56,224 bases of DNA from Parcubacteria group bacterium M6-OD1-3 (GCA_003056165.1 LSNR01000024.1:1-56224); one strand, 5' to 3'; positions 10,708 through 20,568 are shown, counted from the stretch's first letter. The notes: generated by a model from the letters alone, not told the origin. Made by a program: numbers and translations.

Positions 10708-11967
10708 ATGACTAGTAATATTATCGCCAGTCTAGATGTTGGTTCTAATAGTGTCAGAATTGTCGTGGCTCAAAATGATAATGATGAATACTTAAAAATT
10801 ATCGGTGCAGAGGAAGTTGCTTCTGCTGGTGTTCGTCGTGGATCTGTGATTGATATTAAAGAAGCATCACGATCAATAGTAATGGCTTTAGAGAAGGTGG
10901 AAAAAAAGAACGATTTTAGAGTGCGAGATGTTGTTCTGGGCATAGGAGGAACGGATATAAAAATTCAAGAAGCAAAAGGTGTTATTGCTATTAGTAGAGC
11001 TAACGGTGAAGTTGGGGAGGATGATATCAAGCGGGTTTTGGAGACGGCTCAGAATGTTTCAATGCCTGTAAATAATGAGATAATTCATGCTATCCCTAAA
11101 GAATATAAACTTGATGATCAGACTAATATAAGAAATCCTTTAAATATGCATGGCATTCGTTTGGAGGCTGATGTTTTAATGATTGAAGACTCAACAAATC
11201 ATTTGGATAATTTAGTGAAAAGTGTTGAGCAAGCAAAAATAAATGTGGAAGGTTTGGTCGTAAATTCGTTAGCAGTATCATCAATTGTTCTTGACAAAAA
11301 TCAAAAAGAATTGGGTGTAGCTATTGTTGATATTGGTAGTGAGACAACATCCGTCGCTGTTTTTGAGGAAGGAGAATTGATAGATATTTCAGTTTTGCCT
11401 ATTGGTGCCGGACACATTACTAATGATATTGCAATTGGATTAAGAATTTCAGTAAGTTCTGCAGAGAGAATAAAGCTTGAATATGGAAGTGCTTTCCCTA
11501 AGCAAATAAATAAACGAGAAAATATTGATTTGTCTGAAATTGATTCGGAAGAAGATGGATTGGTTTCTCGCTATTATGTGGCGGAAATAATTGAAGCGAG
11601 AGTTACAGAAATCTTCGAGATGGTTAATGAGGAATTAAAAAAAATGGGTAGAGCTGGGTTATTGCCAGCTGGGATTGTTCTGGCTGGCGGTGGATCAGAG
11701 ATGCCTGATATAGTAGAGTTAGCTAAAAGCAAATTAGAACTACCAGCAAAAATTGGTTATCCACTGGAGATAAATGGCGTACTTAACGAGGTTGATTCGC
11801 CATCATTTTCAACAGTAGTAGGTCTATTGTCTTATTATCGCCAAAATAATTTATTAGACAGAAGAGATGAAAAAAAGTATTCAAAAATATTTTCATCAAT
11901 TGGTGGTATTGATATAACGAGTACTAAGACAAAAGTTAAAAAATGGGTAGATAGATTTTTACCATAA
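10708..11967 (+). CDS. ftsA: Cell division protein FtsA
   Basis: Actin-fold motifs LDVGSNSVRIV, VDIGSETTSVAVF and LAGGGSEMP. Directly upstream of ftsZ. Confidence 0.9.
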   Translation: MTSNIIASLDVGSNSVRIVVAQNDNDEYLKIIGAEEVASAGVRRGSVIDIKEASRSIVMALEKVEKKNDFRVRDVVLGIGGTDIKIQEAKGVIAISRANGEVGEDDIKRVLETAQNVSMPVNNEIIHAIPKEYKLDDQTNIRNPLNMHGIRLEADVLMIEDSTNHLDNLVKSVEQAKINVEGLVVNSLAVSSIVLDKNQKELGVAIVDIGSETTSVAVFEEGELIDISVLPIGAGHITNDIAIGLRISVSSAERIKLEYGSAFPKQINKRENIDLSEIDSEEDGLVSRYYVAEIIEARVTEIFEMVNEELKKMGRAGLLPAGIVLAGGGSEMPDIVELAKSKLELPAKIGYPLEINGVLNEVDSPSFSTVVGLLSYYRQNNLLDRRDEKKYSKIFSSIGGIDITSTKTKVKKWVDRFLP

Positions 11968-12125
11968 TAGTTCTAAAATAAATTTGACATTTACCATACT
12001 ATTGTGATAGATTTATATACCAAGGATATAGGTTTCGATTATAATAATAATAAACTTGTTTAGCTCATAAATATAGTAATTTGTAGAAATTAACACTAGA
12101 TGAGTTGAGACATAATTTAAAAAAT

Positions 12126-13346
12126 ATGGCAGAAATTAAACCGGATATAGAAACATCAGCAAAAATAAAAGTAGTTGGAGTAGGTGGCTCAGGGTGTAAT
12201 GCGGTTAGTAGAATGATTGAAGCAAATATTAAAGGAATTGAATTTGTGACAATAAACACTGATGCACAAGATTTGCATCATTCAAAAGCTAGTGAAAAAG
12301 TTCATATTGGAAAAAATCTTACTAAAGGATTGGGCGCAGGAATGAACCCCGAGGTTGGTCGTCAAGCAGCTGAGGAAAACAGGGATGAAATTCAGGAAGT
12401 ATTAAAAGGCGCAGACATGGTTTTTGTTACTTGCGGATTAGGTGGAGGAACTGGCTCTGGTGCTGCACCGATTGTGGCAGAAACTGCTAAAGAGTTAGGT
12501 GCGTTAACTATGGCAGTTGTTACAAAACCATTTAGTTTTGAGGGTGCGCAACGGCAAGCTATCGCCAATGAGGCTTTGGAAAATTTGAAAAAAAGAGTAG
12601 ATACCTTCATTACAATTCATAATGATAGATTATTATCTATAATAGATAAAAAAGCGACTTTGATAAATTCATTTAAAATCGTAGACGATGTTTTGCGACA
12701 GGGTGTTCAGGGCGTCTCAGATTTAATTACTCGACCGGGAATAGTTAATGTCGATTTTAATGATGTTAAAGCAGTAATGGCTGATGGAGGGAGTGCTCTG
12801 ATGGGAATTGGAATTGCCAGCGGAGAAAATCGTGCTACAGAAGCAGCTAAAGCAGCTATTAATAGTCCACTTCTTGAACTTTCGATTGATGGGGCTAAAG
12901 GAGTGTTATTTAATGTCTCCGGTGCAACTGATTTAGGAATGTTAGAAATAAATGAAGCTGCTAATGTTATTACGGAAAATATAGATCCTAATGCTAAAGT
13001 TATATTCGGAGCAGTGGCTGATGATAAAATTAGGAAAGGTGATATCCATATTACAGTAGTGGCAACAGGATTTGATGCTGATCACATTAGTGAATCACCA
13101 GCAGATATGCTATCTAGAGTTAAAAGTGAAAGTAACGAGGAAAATAATGAAGATAAAAAAGAAGACTTGTCAGAAGATGACCTTAATGAAAAAATAGTAT
13201 TCCCAAATAAAAAAATGGAGAGCACTATGATTATTGATGAAAAAGTTCAACCTAATTTAAATAAAACATCTTTTCAAAAAAGTGATGATGATGCAGATGA
13301 TGAATTAGAAATCCCAGCATTTATCAGAAGAAAGATGGGGAAGTAG
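12126..13346 (+). CDS. ftsZ: Cell division GTPase FtsZ (ATG at 12126 preferred over the TTG at 12105 in the ORF track)
   Basis: GVGGSGCNAV and tubulin signature GGGTGSGAAP, plus NTDAQ. Acidic linker and C-terminal peptide DDELEIPAFIRRK. Confidence 0.97.
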   Translation: MAEIKPDIETSAKIKVVGVGGSGCNAVSRMIEANIKGIEFVTINTDAQDLHHSKASEKVHIGKNLTKGLGAGMNPEVGRQAAEENRDEIQEVLKGADMVFVTCGLGGGTGSGAAPIVAETAKELGALTMAVVTKPFSFEGAQRQAIANEALENLKKRVDTFITIHNDRLLSIIDKKATLINSFKIVDDVLRQGVQGVSDLITRPGIVNVDFNDVKAVMADGGSALMGIGIASGENRATEAAKAAINSPLLELSIDGAKGVLFNVSGATDLGMLEINEAANVITENIDPNAKVIFGAVADDKIRKGDIHITVVATGFDADHISESPADMLSRVKSESNEENNEDKKEDLSEDDLNEKIVFPNKKMESTMIIDEKVQPNLNKTSFQKSDDDADDELEIPAFIRRKMGK

Positions 13347-13390
13347 AATTAAATTAATTGTCTTATAATAAATTAAAAAATTCTAATCGA

Positions 13391-13420
13391 AAACACTAGT
13401 AAATGCACTGGTGTTTTTTT
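13391..13420 (+). terminator. Putative intrinsic terminator after ftsZ
   Basis: aaacactag ... ctggtgttt hairpin (one G-U pair) followed by a T-run. Confidence 0.5.
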
Positions 13421-13460
13421 AATTGTGGATAAGTTTGGTTTTTGTTTAAAAATAAGGGGG

Positions 13461-13488
13461 TTGCACAGAATTTGACTTGTGGTATAAT
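13461..13488 (+). promoter_or_regulatory. Putative sigma70-type promoter for nrdR
   Basis: -35 TTGCAC (13461-13466), 16-nt spacer, extended -10 TGgTATAAT (13480-13488). Confidence 0.4.
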
Positions 13489-13498
13489 GTCTTTGTAG

Positions 13499-13515
13499 TA
13501 CACAATATGTAGTAG
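13499..13515 (+). promoter_or_regulatory. NrdR-box-like palindrome just downstream of the putative nrdR promoter
   Basis: acacaatatgtagtag matches about 13 of 16 positions of the NrdR box consensus acaCwAtATaTwGtgt, counted by eye. Confidence 0.35.
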
Positions 13516-13623
13516 AAATTTAACTTGCGTATAAGAACTATTGACATATTAAAAAATATTATTTTGGATTTTAGATAAGATTGAAGACCGAAAATAATAA
13601 TAATTAAGTGTAATAGATAAATT

Positions 13624-14076
13624 ATGTTGTGTCCCTTTTGCAATTATAGTGAAACTAAAGTTGTTGATTCTCGTGATACTAATGATGGGAAGGTTGTTCG
13701 ACGACGAAGGGAATGTGAAAAATGTCAGCGACGATTTAGTACTTATGAAGAATTAGAAATAATCCGATTGACTGTCATTAAAAAAAATCAAGTGCAGGAA
13801 GAATATGACCAAGATAAAATTATTGCCGGAATTGAACGAGCACTGGAGAAGAGACCTGTCAGTATCGAGAAGCGAAAAAAATTGTTGCAGGAAATTGAAT
13901 TTAATATTTTTACTCAAGGTAAATCTGAAATCACGACAAAAGAAATTGGAAAAATTATTTTAGAAAAATTATTGAAAGTAGATGAAGTAGCTTATGTGCG
14001 TTTTGCTAGCGTATATAAATCATTTGGGAGTATTAAAACATTTCGGAAAGAGCTAGATAAAATAAGTGATGAATAA
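13624..14076 (+). CDS. nrdR: Transcriptional repressor NrdR
   Basis: Zn ribbon CPFC...CEKC followed by an ATP-cone. Begins MLCPFCNYSETKVVDSRDT. Confidence 0.95.
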   Translation: MLCPFCNYSETKVVDSRDTNDGKVVRRRRECEKCQRRFSTYEELEIIRLTVIKKNQVQEEYDQDKIIAGIERALEKRPVSIEKRKKLLQEIEFNIFTQGKSEITTKEIGKIILEKLLKVDEVAYVRFASVYKSFGSIKTFRKELDKISDE

Positions 14077-14138
14077 AAATTGATGAAAAAATAAACAAAT
14101 TTAAAATAAATAAGATAATAAAGCTAAAAAATAAACAA

Positions 14139-16190
14139 ATGGTTAGAGTGAATAAAATCAAGAGGATAGTAAAAAGAAGTGGGAGAGTTGTTCCATTTAA
14201 AGAGGAAAAAGTTGCCAAGGCGGTTTTTAAAGCTCTTGGTGATACAGGAGAAGGTGGGCAAAAAGAAGCAGATAAAATAAGCAAAAAAGTTGTTCAACTA
14301 CTTAATAAAAATTACAAAAAAGGTTATTTACCAGAGATTGAAGAAGTTCAGGATACGGTGGAAAAAGTTTTAATGATTTTGGATTTTGATGAAACTGCTA
14401 AAGCTTATATTCTTTACAGAGACCAGCGTCGAAAAGTGCGAGAAACGGAAGAAGCTCTAAAAGAAGCAGTTGATTTGGTTGATGATTATATTCAAGAGGC
14501 GGATTGGCGAGTGAAAGAAAATTCCAATATGGGTTTTTCCCTGCAAGGGCTGAATAATTTTATTTCATCGGCTGTGAGTTCCAAATATTGGATGAACAGA
14601 GTTTATACTCGGGATGTGCGAGATGCTCATAATGAAGGTGATTTGCATGTACATGATTTGCAAATGGTGGCAGCCTATTGTTGTGGTTGGGATTTGCATG
14701 ATTTGTTAATAAAGGGTTTTGGAGGAGTTCCAGGAAAAGTTCATTCTGCTCCAGCAAAACATTTCAGAAGTGCTTTAGGGCAAATGGTTAATTTCATTTA
14801 TACCTTGCAAGGTGAGGCTAATGGTGCGCAAGCTTTTGCTAATTTCGATACATTATTAGCACCCTTCGTTCATTATGATAAATTGAGTTATAAGGAAGTG
14901 AAACAAGCTATTCAAGAATTTGTTTTTAATATGAATGTTCCGACCAGAGTTGGTTTTCAAACTCCGTTTTCAAATATCACTTTGGATATGCAAGTTCCTT
15001 CTACATATAAAAACGAGTCAGCGATTATCGGAGGGAAGCCTATAAAGAAAAAATACGGAGAATTTCAAAAAGAAATGGCGATGATTAACAAAGCTTTTGC
15101 TGAAGTTATGACAGCTGGTGATTCTCAGAATAGGGTATTTACTTTCCCGATTCCAACTTATAATATCACTAAAGATTTTAATTGGAATGATAAGTCTTTA
15201 AATCCAATTTGGGAGATGACTGCTAAATACGGGATGCCTTACTTTGCTAATTTTATAAATTCCGATATGAGTCCCGATGATGCTAGGAGTATGTGTTGTC
15301 GATTGCGATTAGATAATAGAGAATTACAGAAACGAGGTGGAGGATTATTTGGGGCAAACCCGATGACTGGGTCAATTGGTGTGGTAACAATAAATATGCC
15401 ACGAATTGGTTATTTGGCAAAAGATAGAAAAGAATTTATTGAGAGATTGGATGTTCTTATGGATATTGCAAGAAACAGCCTTGAATCAAAAAGAATATTT
15501 ATTGAAAAATTGACAGAAATGGGATTATATCCTTATTCACGTCATTATTTGCAAGATATTAAGCTAAAAAGAGGAACATATTGGGGAAATCATTTTTCTA
15601 CGATTGGTTTGGTAGGTATGAATGAAGCAATATTGAATTTGTTAGGAAAAGATATTACAACTAAAGAAGGAAACCGTTTCGCACAAAGAGTGCTTAATCA
15701 TATGCGAAACAAAATGATAAAATATCAGAAGGAAACGGATAATATGTATAATTTGGAAGCGACGCCGGCAGAAGGAACGACTTATCGATTGGCAAAATTA
15801 GATCAGAAAAAATATCCAGACATAATTTTTGCTAATGACGATGTAGTTAAAAATGATAAGGCGGAGCCATATTATACAAATTCTTCACAATTACCAGTTG
15901 GGCATACAAGTGATATCTTTGAAGCTTTGGATTTACAGGATAATTTGCAAACTAAATACACCGGCGGAACAGTGCTACATGGATTTTTAGGAGAAAAAAT
16001 TAATGATATTGAAGTAGTTAAGAATTTAGTGAAGAAAATTGCGACCAAATATTCATTACCGTATTTTACATTTACGCCGACATTCAGTGTTTGTCCAGAA
16101 CATGGATATTTGACAGGAGAACATTGGACTTGTCCGAAATGTAAAGTAAAATTGGATAAAAAAGCGGTAAAATTTGAAAAGGTAGTGTAA
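14139..16190 (+). CDS. nrdD: Anaerobic ribonucleoside-triphosphate reductase (class III), large fragment lacking the glycyl-radical motif
   Basis: N-terminal ATP-cone, then the active-site region SMCCRLRLD and NLEATPAEGT. The C-terminal Zn-site remnant is CPEHGY...CPKC. No RVxGY glycyl-radical motif appears before the stop. Confidence 0.9.
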   Translation: MVRVNKIKRIVKRSGRVVPFKEEKVAKAVFKALGDTGEGGQKEADKISKKVVQLLNKNYKKGYLPEIEEVQDTVEKVLMILDFDETAKAYILYRDQRRKVRETEEALKEAVDLVDDYIQEADWRVKENSNMGFSLQGLNNFISSAVSSKYWMNRVYTRDVRDAHNEGDLHVHDLQMVAAYCCGWDLHDLLIKGFGGVPGKVHSAPAKHFRSALGQMVNFIYTLQGEANGAQAFANFDTLLAPFVHYDKLSYKEVKQAIQEFVFNMNVPTRVGFQTPFSNITLDMQVPSTYKNESAIIGGKPIKKKYGEFQKEMAMINKAFAEVMTAGDSQNRVFTFPIPTYNITKDFNWNDKSLNPIWEMTAKYGMPYFANFINSDMSPDDARSMCCRLRLDNRELQKRGGGLFGANPMTGSIGVVTINMPRIGYLAKDRKEFIERLDVLMDIARNSLESKRIFIEKLTEMGLYPYSRHYLQDIKLKRGTYWGNHFSTIGLVGMNEAILNLLGKDITTKEGNRFAQRVLNHMRNKMIKYQKETDNMYNLEATPAEGTTYRLAKLDQKKYPDIIFANDDVVKNDKAEPYYTNSSQLPVGHTSDIFEALDLQDNLQTKYTGGTVLHGFLGEKINDIEVVKNLVKKIATKYSLPYFTFTPTFSVCPEHGYLTGEHWTCPKCKVKLDKKAVKFEKVV

Positions 16191-16345
16191 AAACTTAAAA
16201 CAATTAATTTGCTCTATAAGTTTAGAGTATTTAAAATAAAATTAATAAAAAATAAAAATAACGAAGGTGAGACATTTTTAAATTATATAAGTTAAAAATG
16301 GCTTACTTATCTAGTTAATTAACTAGAATATTTCGTAAAAACAAT

Positions 16346-16627
16346 ATGGAAGAAACAAAAAAAATAATTTGTCATGATTGTGACAGAACTCTTAAGAAGG
16401 GCGATGAATTTGTTCGTTTCGAAAAAACAGAAAAAGAAGATTTAATCAAATGTCGAGAGTGCTATGAAAAAAATCCGGTAATGGAAAACTATAAAGAATG
16501 TGATGTTTATTCTCGCGTAGTTGGATTTCATACACCAATTCAAAGATGGAATAAAGGAAAGTCTGAAGAATGGAAAGATAGAAAAACTTTTGTAGTGGAG
16601 GCTACTAGTGGTTGTGCTAGCTGTTAA
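16346..16627 (+). CDS. Stand-alone Zn-ribbon plus glycyl-radical domain (NrdD C-terminal module)
   Basis: CHDC...CREC followed by DVYSRVVGFHTPIQRWNKGKSEEWKDRK. This matches the NrdD C-terminal glycyl-radical signature (R-V-x-G-[YF]...WN.GK..E...R). Confidence 0.75.
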   Translation: MEETKKIICHDCDRTLKKGDEFVRFEKTEKEDLIKCRECYEKNPVMENYKECDVYSRVVGFHTPIQRWNKGKSEEWKDRKTFVVEATSGCASC

Positions 16628-16634
16628 CTTAGAA

Positions 16635-16672
16635 ATAAAGGGCGGACACTTTGTGTTCGCCCTTTATTATTA
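16635..16672 (+). terminator. Intrinsic terminator after the nrdD modules
   Basis: Perfect 10-bp stem ataaagggcg / cgccctttat followed by a T-rich tail. Confidence 0.7.
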
Positions 16673-16724
16673 TCCTGGAAAATGCTAGGATAGATTAAGA
16701 ATTTTAATAATTATTTTTTATGTT

Positions 16725-18077
16725 ATGATTATTGCAAAAAAACACAGTATCGAGAATTTAAAGCAAAAAGGAAGCTTTGTTTTAGTTTTAAACAATGGAG
16801 CGGAAATTGATGGACAAGCGGAAGCGATGTTGCAAGCTTTACATTCACGGTCAATAGGTGGAATTAAACATCATTTAAAAATTCTGAAAGAAAAAGGCGC
16901 AGAGAATTTTATGGAGCAATTTTATGTTGGCTATGGACATAAATCAATTGGCGATTGTGGGAGTGCAACAGTTTTTATTGAAGGGATTTCAATTGTAGCA
17001 AAAAAAGCAATTCAAGATTGGCGCTTATATTCAGGACAAACTTCCTCTACTCGATATCTCAATTTTTCCAAGCAGAAGTTTTTAAATCCGATTAAAACAA
17101 AAGATGGTGAAAAAATACAGGAAAATTGGCGAGAGTTTTATTTGAAATTGCAAAAACCATTACAGGAACATTTGAAAAAACAATTTCCACGAGCGGAGGA
17201 AGAAAATGAAAATATCTATAATAAGGCGATTATTGCACGAGCTTTTGATAGTACTCGTTGTTGGTTACCTGCTGGTACGTCGATAAATACATCCTGGAGA
17301 ATGAATTTTCGACAATTTTCTGATGAGCTAATGATGTTGCGACATCATTCGTTAGCAGAAGTTAGAGATGTTGCTGAAAAAACAGAAAAGGCTTTGAGAA
17401 AATTATATAGTAGTTCTTTTGGACACAAAAGATTTCCAAAAACTGAAAAATATAATGAATATCTAATGCGAAAAAAATATTATTTTGAAAATTCTCAGGC
17501 TAAAGATTTTAAATTATTGTTTAATAAAATTGATAAAAAATTATTAAAGAATTATAAAACAGTTTTAAAAAAGCGACCACCAAAAACAGAATTGCCAATG
17601 AGTATTGCTGAATGTGGTGTAGTTGGTTATGAGTTTTTATTGGACTTTGGTTCTTGGCGAGATTTGCAAAGGCATCGTTCGGTAGCACAGAGAATGCCAT
17701 TATTGACTTTGCGACATGGATTTAATGACTGGTATTTGAAACAATTACCGGAGAGTTTGCAAGAAGAGGCTAAGGAATTTTTGAAAGAACAAATAAAGCT
17801 AATTAAAAAATTGAAAGTTGATAAATTTGAAAAACAATACTATATTCCGATGGGCTATCAAGTTCCTTGTCGAGTGGTCGGTGATTTGAAAGCGTTGACT
17901 TATTTAGTGGAATTGCGTTCGACAAGATTTGTTCATCCGACATTGGTTAAACAAATATTAAAAATGATTACTAGCCTCAAGAAGCTTTTTGCTAAAGATG
18001 GTTTGGTTTTACACATCGACAAAACACCAAATCAGTTTGATATTAAAAGAGGCGAACAGGATATTGTTAGTAAATAG
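16725..18077 (+). CDS. ThyX-like flavin-dependent thymidylate synthase, double-length (tandem/pseudo-dimeric) form (putative)
   Basis: The ThyX motif appears split. The N-half has WRLYSGQTSSTRY (S....S.RY part) and the C-half has WRDLQRHRS (RHR part). It lies between nrdD and tmk. Confidence 0.5.
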   Translation: MIIAKKHSIENLKQKGSFVLVLNNGAEIDGQAEAMLQALHSRSIGGIKHHLKILKEKGAENFMEQFYVGYGHKSIGDCGSATVFIEGISIVAKKAIQDWRLYSGQTSSTRYLNFSKQKFLNPIKTKDGEKIQENWREFYLKLQKPLQEHLKKQFPRAEEENENIYNKAIIARAFDSTRCWLPAGTSINTSWRMNFRQFSDELMMLRHHSLAEVRDVAEKTEKALRKLYSSSFGHKRFPKTEKYNEYLMRKKYYFENSQAKDFKLLFNKIDKKLLKNYKTVLKKRPPKTELPMSIAECGVVGYEFLLDFGSWRDLQRHRSVAQRMPLLTLRHGFNDWYLKQLPESLQEEAKEFLKEQIKLIKKLKVDKFEKQYYIPMGYQVPCRVVGDLKALTYLVELRSTRFVHPTLVKQILKMITSLKKLFAKDGLVLHIDKTPNQFDIKRGEQDIVSK

Positions 18078-18120
18078 AATGTATAAAGTGGAATGCAATA
18101 AGTAGTGAGTAATAAAAATT

Positions 18121-18552
18121 ATGAATAAAAAAATGAAAATTTATTTTACTGGATCAATTAGGGGCGGGCGTGATGATAGAAAAAATTATTTGAAAATAAT
18201 TAAATATTTACAAAAGTACGGAAAAGTTTTAACTGAGCATATTGGTGATAGTGAGATAACCAATATTGGAGAAAATAATTTTTCTAGTAAATATATTTAT
18301 AAAAGAGATATTAATTGGTTAAAAAGTGCGGACTTTATAGTAGCAGAAGTGTCAGTGCCTTCATTAGGGGTTGGTTATGAAATAGCAAAAGCGGAAAAAT
18401 CACAAAAGAAAGTACTATGTTTATATAAAAAGGGGAGCAATAAGAAATTATCAGCCATGATAGCTGGGAGTGATGGTAGTACTGTTAAAATATATGGCAA
18501 TTTAAAAGAGGCTTCTAGTGTTATTGATAAATTTTTTAAAAAAAACAACTAG
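18121..18552 (+). CDS. 2'-deoxynucleoside 5'-phosphate N-hydrolase (DNPH1/Rcl-like, nucleoside 2-deoxyribosyltransferase superfamily)
   Basis: IYFTGSIRGGRDDR, VLTEHIG and VAEVSVPSLGVGYEIAKA closely follow the DNPH1 pattern. Confidence 0.75.
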   Translation: MNKKMKIYFTGSIRGGRDDRKNYLKIIKYLQKYGKVLTEHIGDSEITNIGENNFSSKYIYKRDINWLKSADFIVAEVSVPSLGVGYEIAKAEKSQKKVLCLYKKGSNKKLSAMIAGSDGSTVKIYGNLKEASSVIDKFFKKNN

Positions 18553-18554
18553 TT

Positions 18555-19262
18555 ATGAAAAAGAGTTTATCTGTCGATAGGCAGGGAAAATTTATTGTGA
18601 TTGAAGGGATTGATGGAAGCGGAAAAAAGACGCAGACAAAACTGCTGATTAAGCGATTGCGTCGGGAAGGGTTTAAAATAAAGACTATTGATTTTCCGCA
18701 ATATGAGAAAAACTTTTTTGGAAAATTTATTGGCGAGTGTCTATCAGGCAAACATGGAGATTTTGCTAAACTTGATCCAAAAATTGCTTCGGTTTTGTAT
18801 GCGGCGGATAGATTTGAGGCGAGTGGCAAAATAAGAAAATGGTTGGCGGACGGATGTATTGTTATTGCTGATCGTTATGCTAATTCTAACCAAATTCATC
18901 AAGGTGGAAAAATTTCAAATCCTAAAAAGCGAAAGGAGTTTCTGGATTGGTTAAAAAAAATGGAGTTTAAGATTTTTAAGATTCCTCAACCGGATGCGGT
19001 AATATTTTTAAATGTTCCGTTAAAAGTAAGTTTAAATTTACTTAAAAATAATGATGCCAAAAAACGAAAAGCATATTTGAATGGAAAAAAAGATGCACAC
19101 GAAAGCGATCCACAACATTTAATAAATGCTAGAAGAAGTGCTTTAAATCTGGTTAAGTATAATAAAAATTGGCTAAATATAAAATGTGTTGAAAGAGGAA
19201 GATTGTTAAGCATTGAGGAAATTGCGGAAGTTGTTTGGAAAGAGGTGCATAAAATAATTTAA
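18555..19262 (+). CDS. tmk: Thymidylate kinase
   Basis: P-loop FIVIEGIDGSGKKTQ. DRY-like ADRYANSN motif. Confidence 0.9.
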   Translation: MKKSLSVDRQGKFIVIEGIDGSGKKTQTKLLIKRLRREGFKIKTIDFPQYEKNFFGKFIGECLSGKHGDFAKLDPKIASVLYAADRFEASGKIRKWLADGCIVIADRYANSNQIHQGGKISNPKKRKEFLDWLKKMEFKIFKIPQPDAVIFLNVPLKVSLNLLKNNDAKKRKAYLNGKKDAHESDPQHLINARRSALNLVKYNKNWLNIKCVERGRLLSIEEIAEVVWKEVHKII

Positions 19263-19281
19263 AGATAATTTTTCAAATTTT

Positions 19282-20568
19282 ATGGAATATGATGTAATAG
19301 TTGTTGGTGGTGGGCCGGCGGGAATGATGGCGGCAGGAATAGCTGGTCAAAATGGACAGAGAGTTTTGTTGCTGGAAAAAAATCGAGAACTGGGAATAAA
19401 ATTATTGATGACGGGAAAAGACCGTTGTAATGTAACACATTATAGCGAGAAGCCAAATGATTTAATTGAAGCCTATGGCAGGAATGGGAGATTTCTCTAT
19501 TCTACTTTTGCTAATTTTTCTAATCTGAATATAATTGATTTTTTTGAGAAACGGGGTGTGAAGATGAAAGTTGAAAGAGGAGATAGAGTGTTCCCAGTGA
19601 GTGATAAATCAATCGATGTCAGAAAGGCACTACTTAATTTTTTACGAGAAGGCAAAGTTGAAATTAGGACGGAACAAACTGTTAGAGAAATTACTAAAAG
19701 CAAGAAAAACTCAAACAATGGTTATTTTGTAAATAAAATAATTCTTGTTAATGGAGAAAAATTAAAAGCTAAAAAATACATTATTGCTACTGGCGGACTT
19801 TCTTATCCGACGACTGGCTCAACTGGTGATGGTTATGACTGGGCGAGAAAATTGGGGCATAGCATTGTTTCGCCTCAGCCGGTTTTGTCGCCGATTGTTT
19901 TAAAAGATGATTTTATTGAAAAGTTAGAAGGATTAAGCTTGCGCAATGTTGAAATAAGTGTTTTCAAAAATACTGCTAATAGTTCTGCAAAAGTTATTTC
20001 AAGATTTGGTGAGGCTTTGTTTACACAAGAAGGGATTAGTGGTCCGATAATTTTGGATATGAGTAAGAAAGTCGGGGAATTATTGCGAGAAATTAAAAAA
20101 GAAAAAGTGGGAGAAATAATTTTGAAGATTGATTTTAAGCCGGCGTTGGATTTTGAGAAACTGGATAAAAGAATTCAGCGAGATTTTCAGCAAGGAAATA
20201 ATAAGCAGTTTAAAAATATTTTAGATAAATTATTACCTAAAAAAATTATTCCAATTATTATTAAATTATCAAAGATAGATCCAAATAAACAAGTAAATTT
20301 AATAACAAAAGAAGAAAGAAAAAATTTAGTTCTACTATTAAAAGAATTTCCTTTGCAGGTAGATAGGCTGGTTGGATTTGATAAGGCAATTATTACGACA
20401 GGAGGGGTTGATCTAAAAGAAGTTAATTCTAAAACAATGCAATCTCGTTTAGTTAAAAATTTATATTTTACGGGAGAAATATTGGATTTGGATGGTCCGA
20501 CTGGAGGTTATAATTTGCAAATTTGTTGGAGTACCGGTTGGACGGCAGGAAACGAAATAGATGATTGA
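19282..20568 (+). CDS. HI0933/BaiN-like NAD(P)/FAD-dependent oxidoreductase
   Basis: Rossmann motif VIVVGGGPAGMMAA. C-terminal FTGEILDLDGPTGGYNLQ is typical of the HI0933 family. Confidence 0.85.
   Translation: MEYDVIVVGGGPAGMMAAGIAGQNGQRVLLLEKNRELGIKLLMTGKDRCNVTHYSEKPNDLIEAYGRNGRFLYSTFANFSNLNIIDFFEKRGVKMKVERGDRVFPVSDKSIDVRKALLNFLREGKVEIRTEQTVREITKSKKNSNNGYFVNKIILVNGEKLKAKKYIIATGGLSYPTTGSTGDGYDWARKLGHSIVSPQPVLSPIVLKDDFIEKLEGLSLRNVEISVFKNTANSSAKVISRFGEALFTQEGISGPIILDMSKKVGELLREIKKEKVGEIILKIDFKPALDFEKLDKRIQRDFQQGNNKQFKNILDKLLPKKIIPIIIKLSKIDPNKQVNLITKEERKNLVLLLKEFPLQVDRLVGFDKAIITTGGVDLKEVNSKTMQSRLVKNLYFTGEILDLDGPTGGYNLQICWSTGWTAGNEIDD

Noticed and set aside
13424-13432. Perfect DnaA boxes (tgtggataa, the complement of TTATCCACA) at 13424-13432 and 40719-40727, as a possible oriC
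   Set aside because: They are two isolated boxes 27 kb apart. There is no cluster, adjacent AT-rich DUE or dnaA/dnaN context. This is compatible with chance in 56 kb of AT-rich DNA.
16191-16345. Group I intron or intein interrupting nrdD (by analogy with phage T4 nrdD)
   Set aside because: The gap is only 155 nt, very AT-rich and has no obvious paired elements. The downstream piece has its own start and a complete Zn ribbon. I treat it as a split gene instead.
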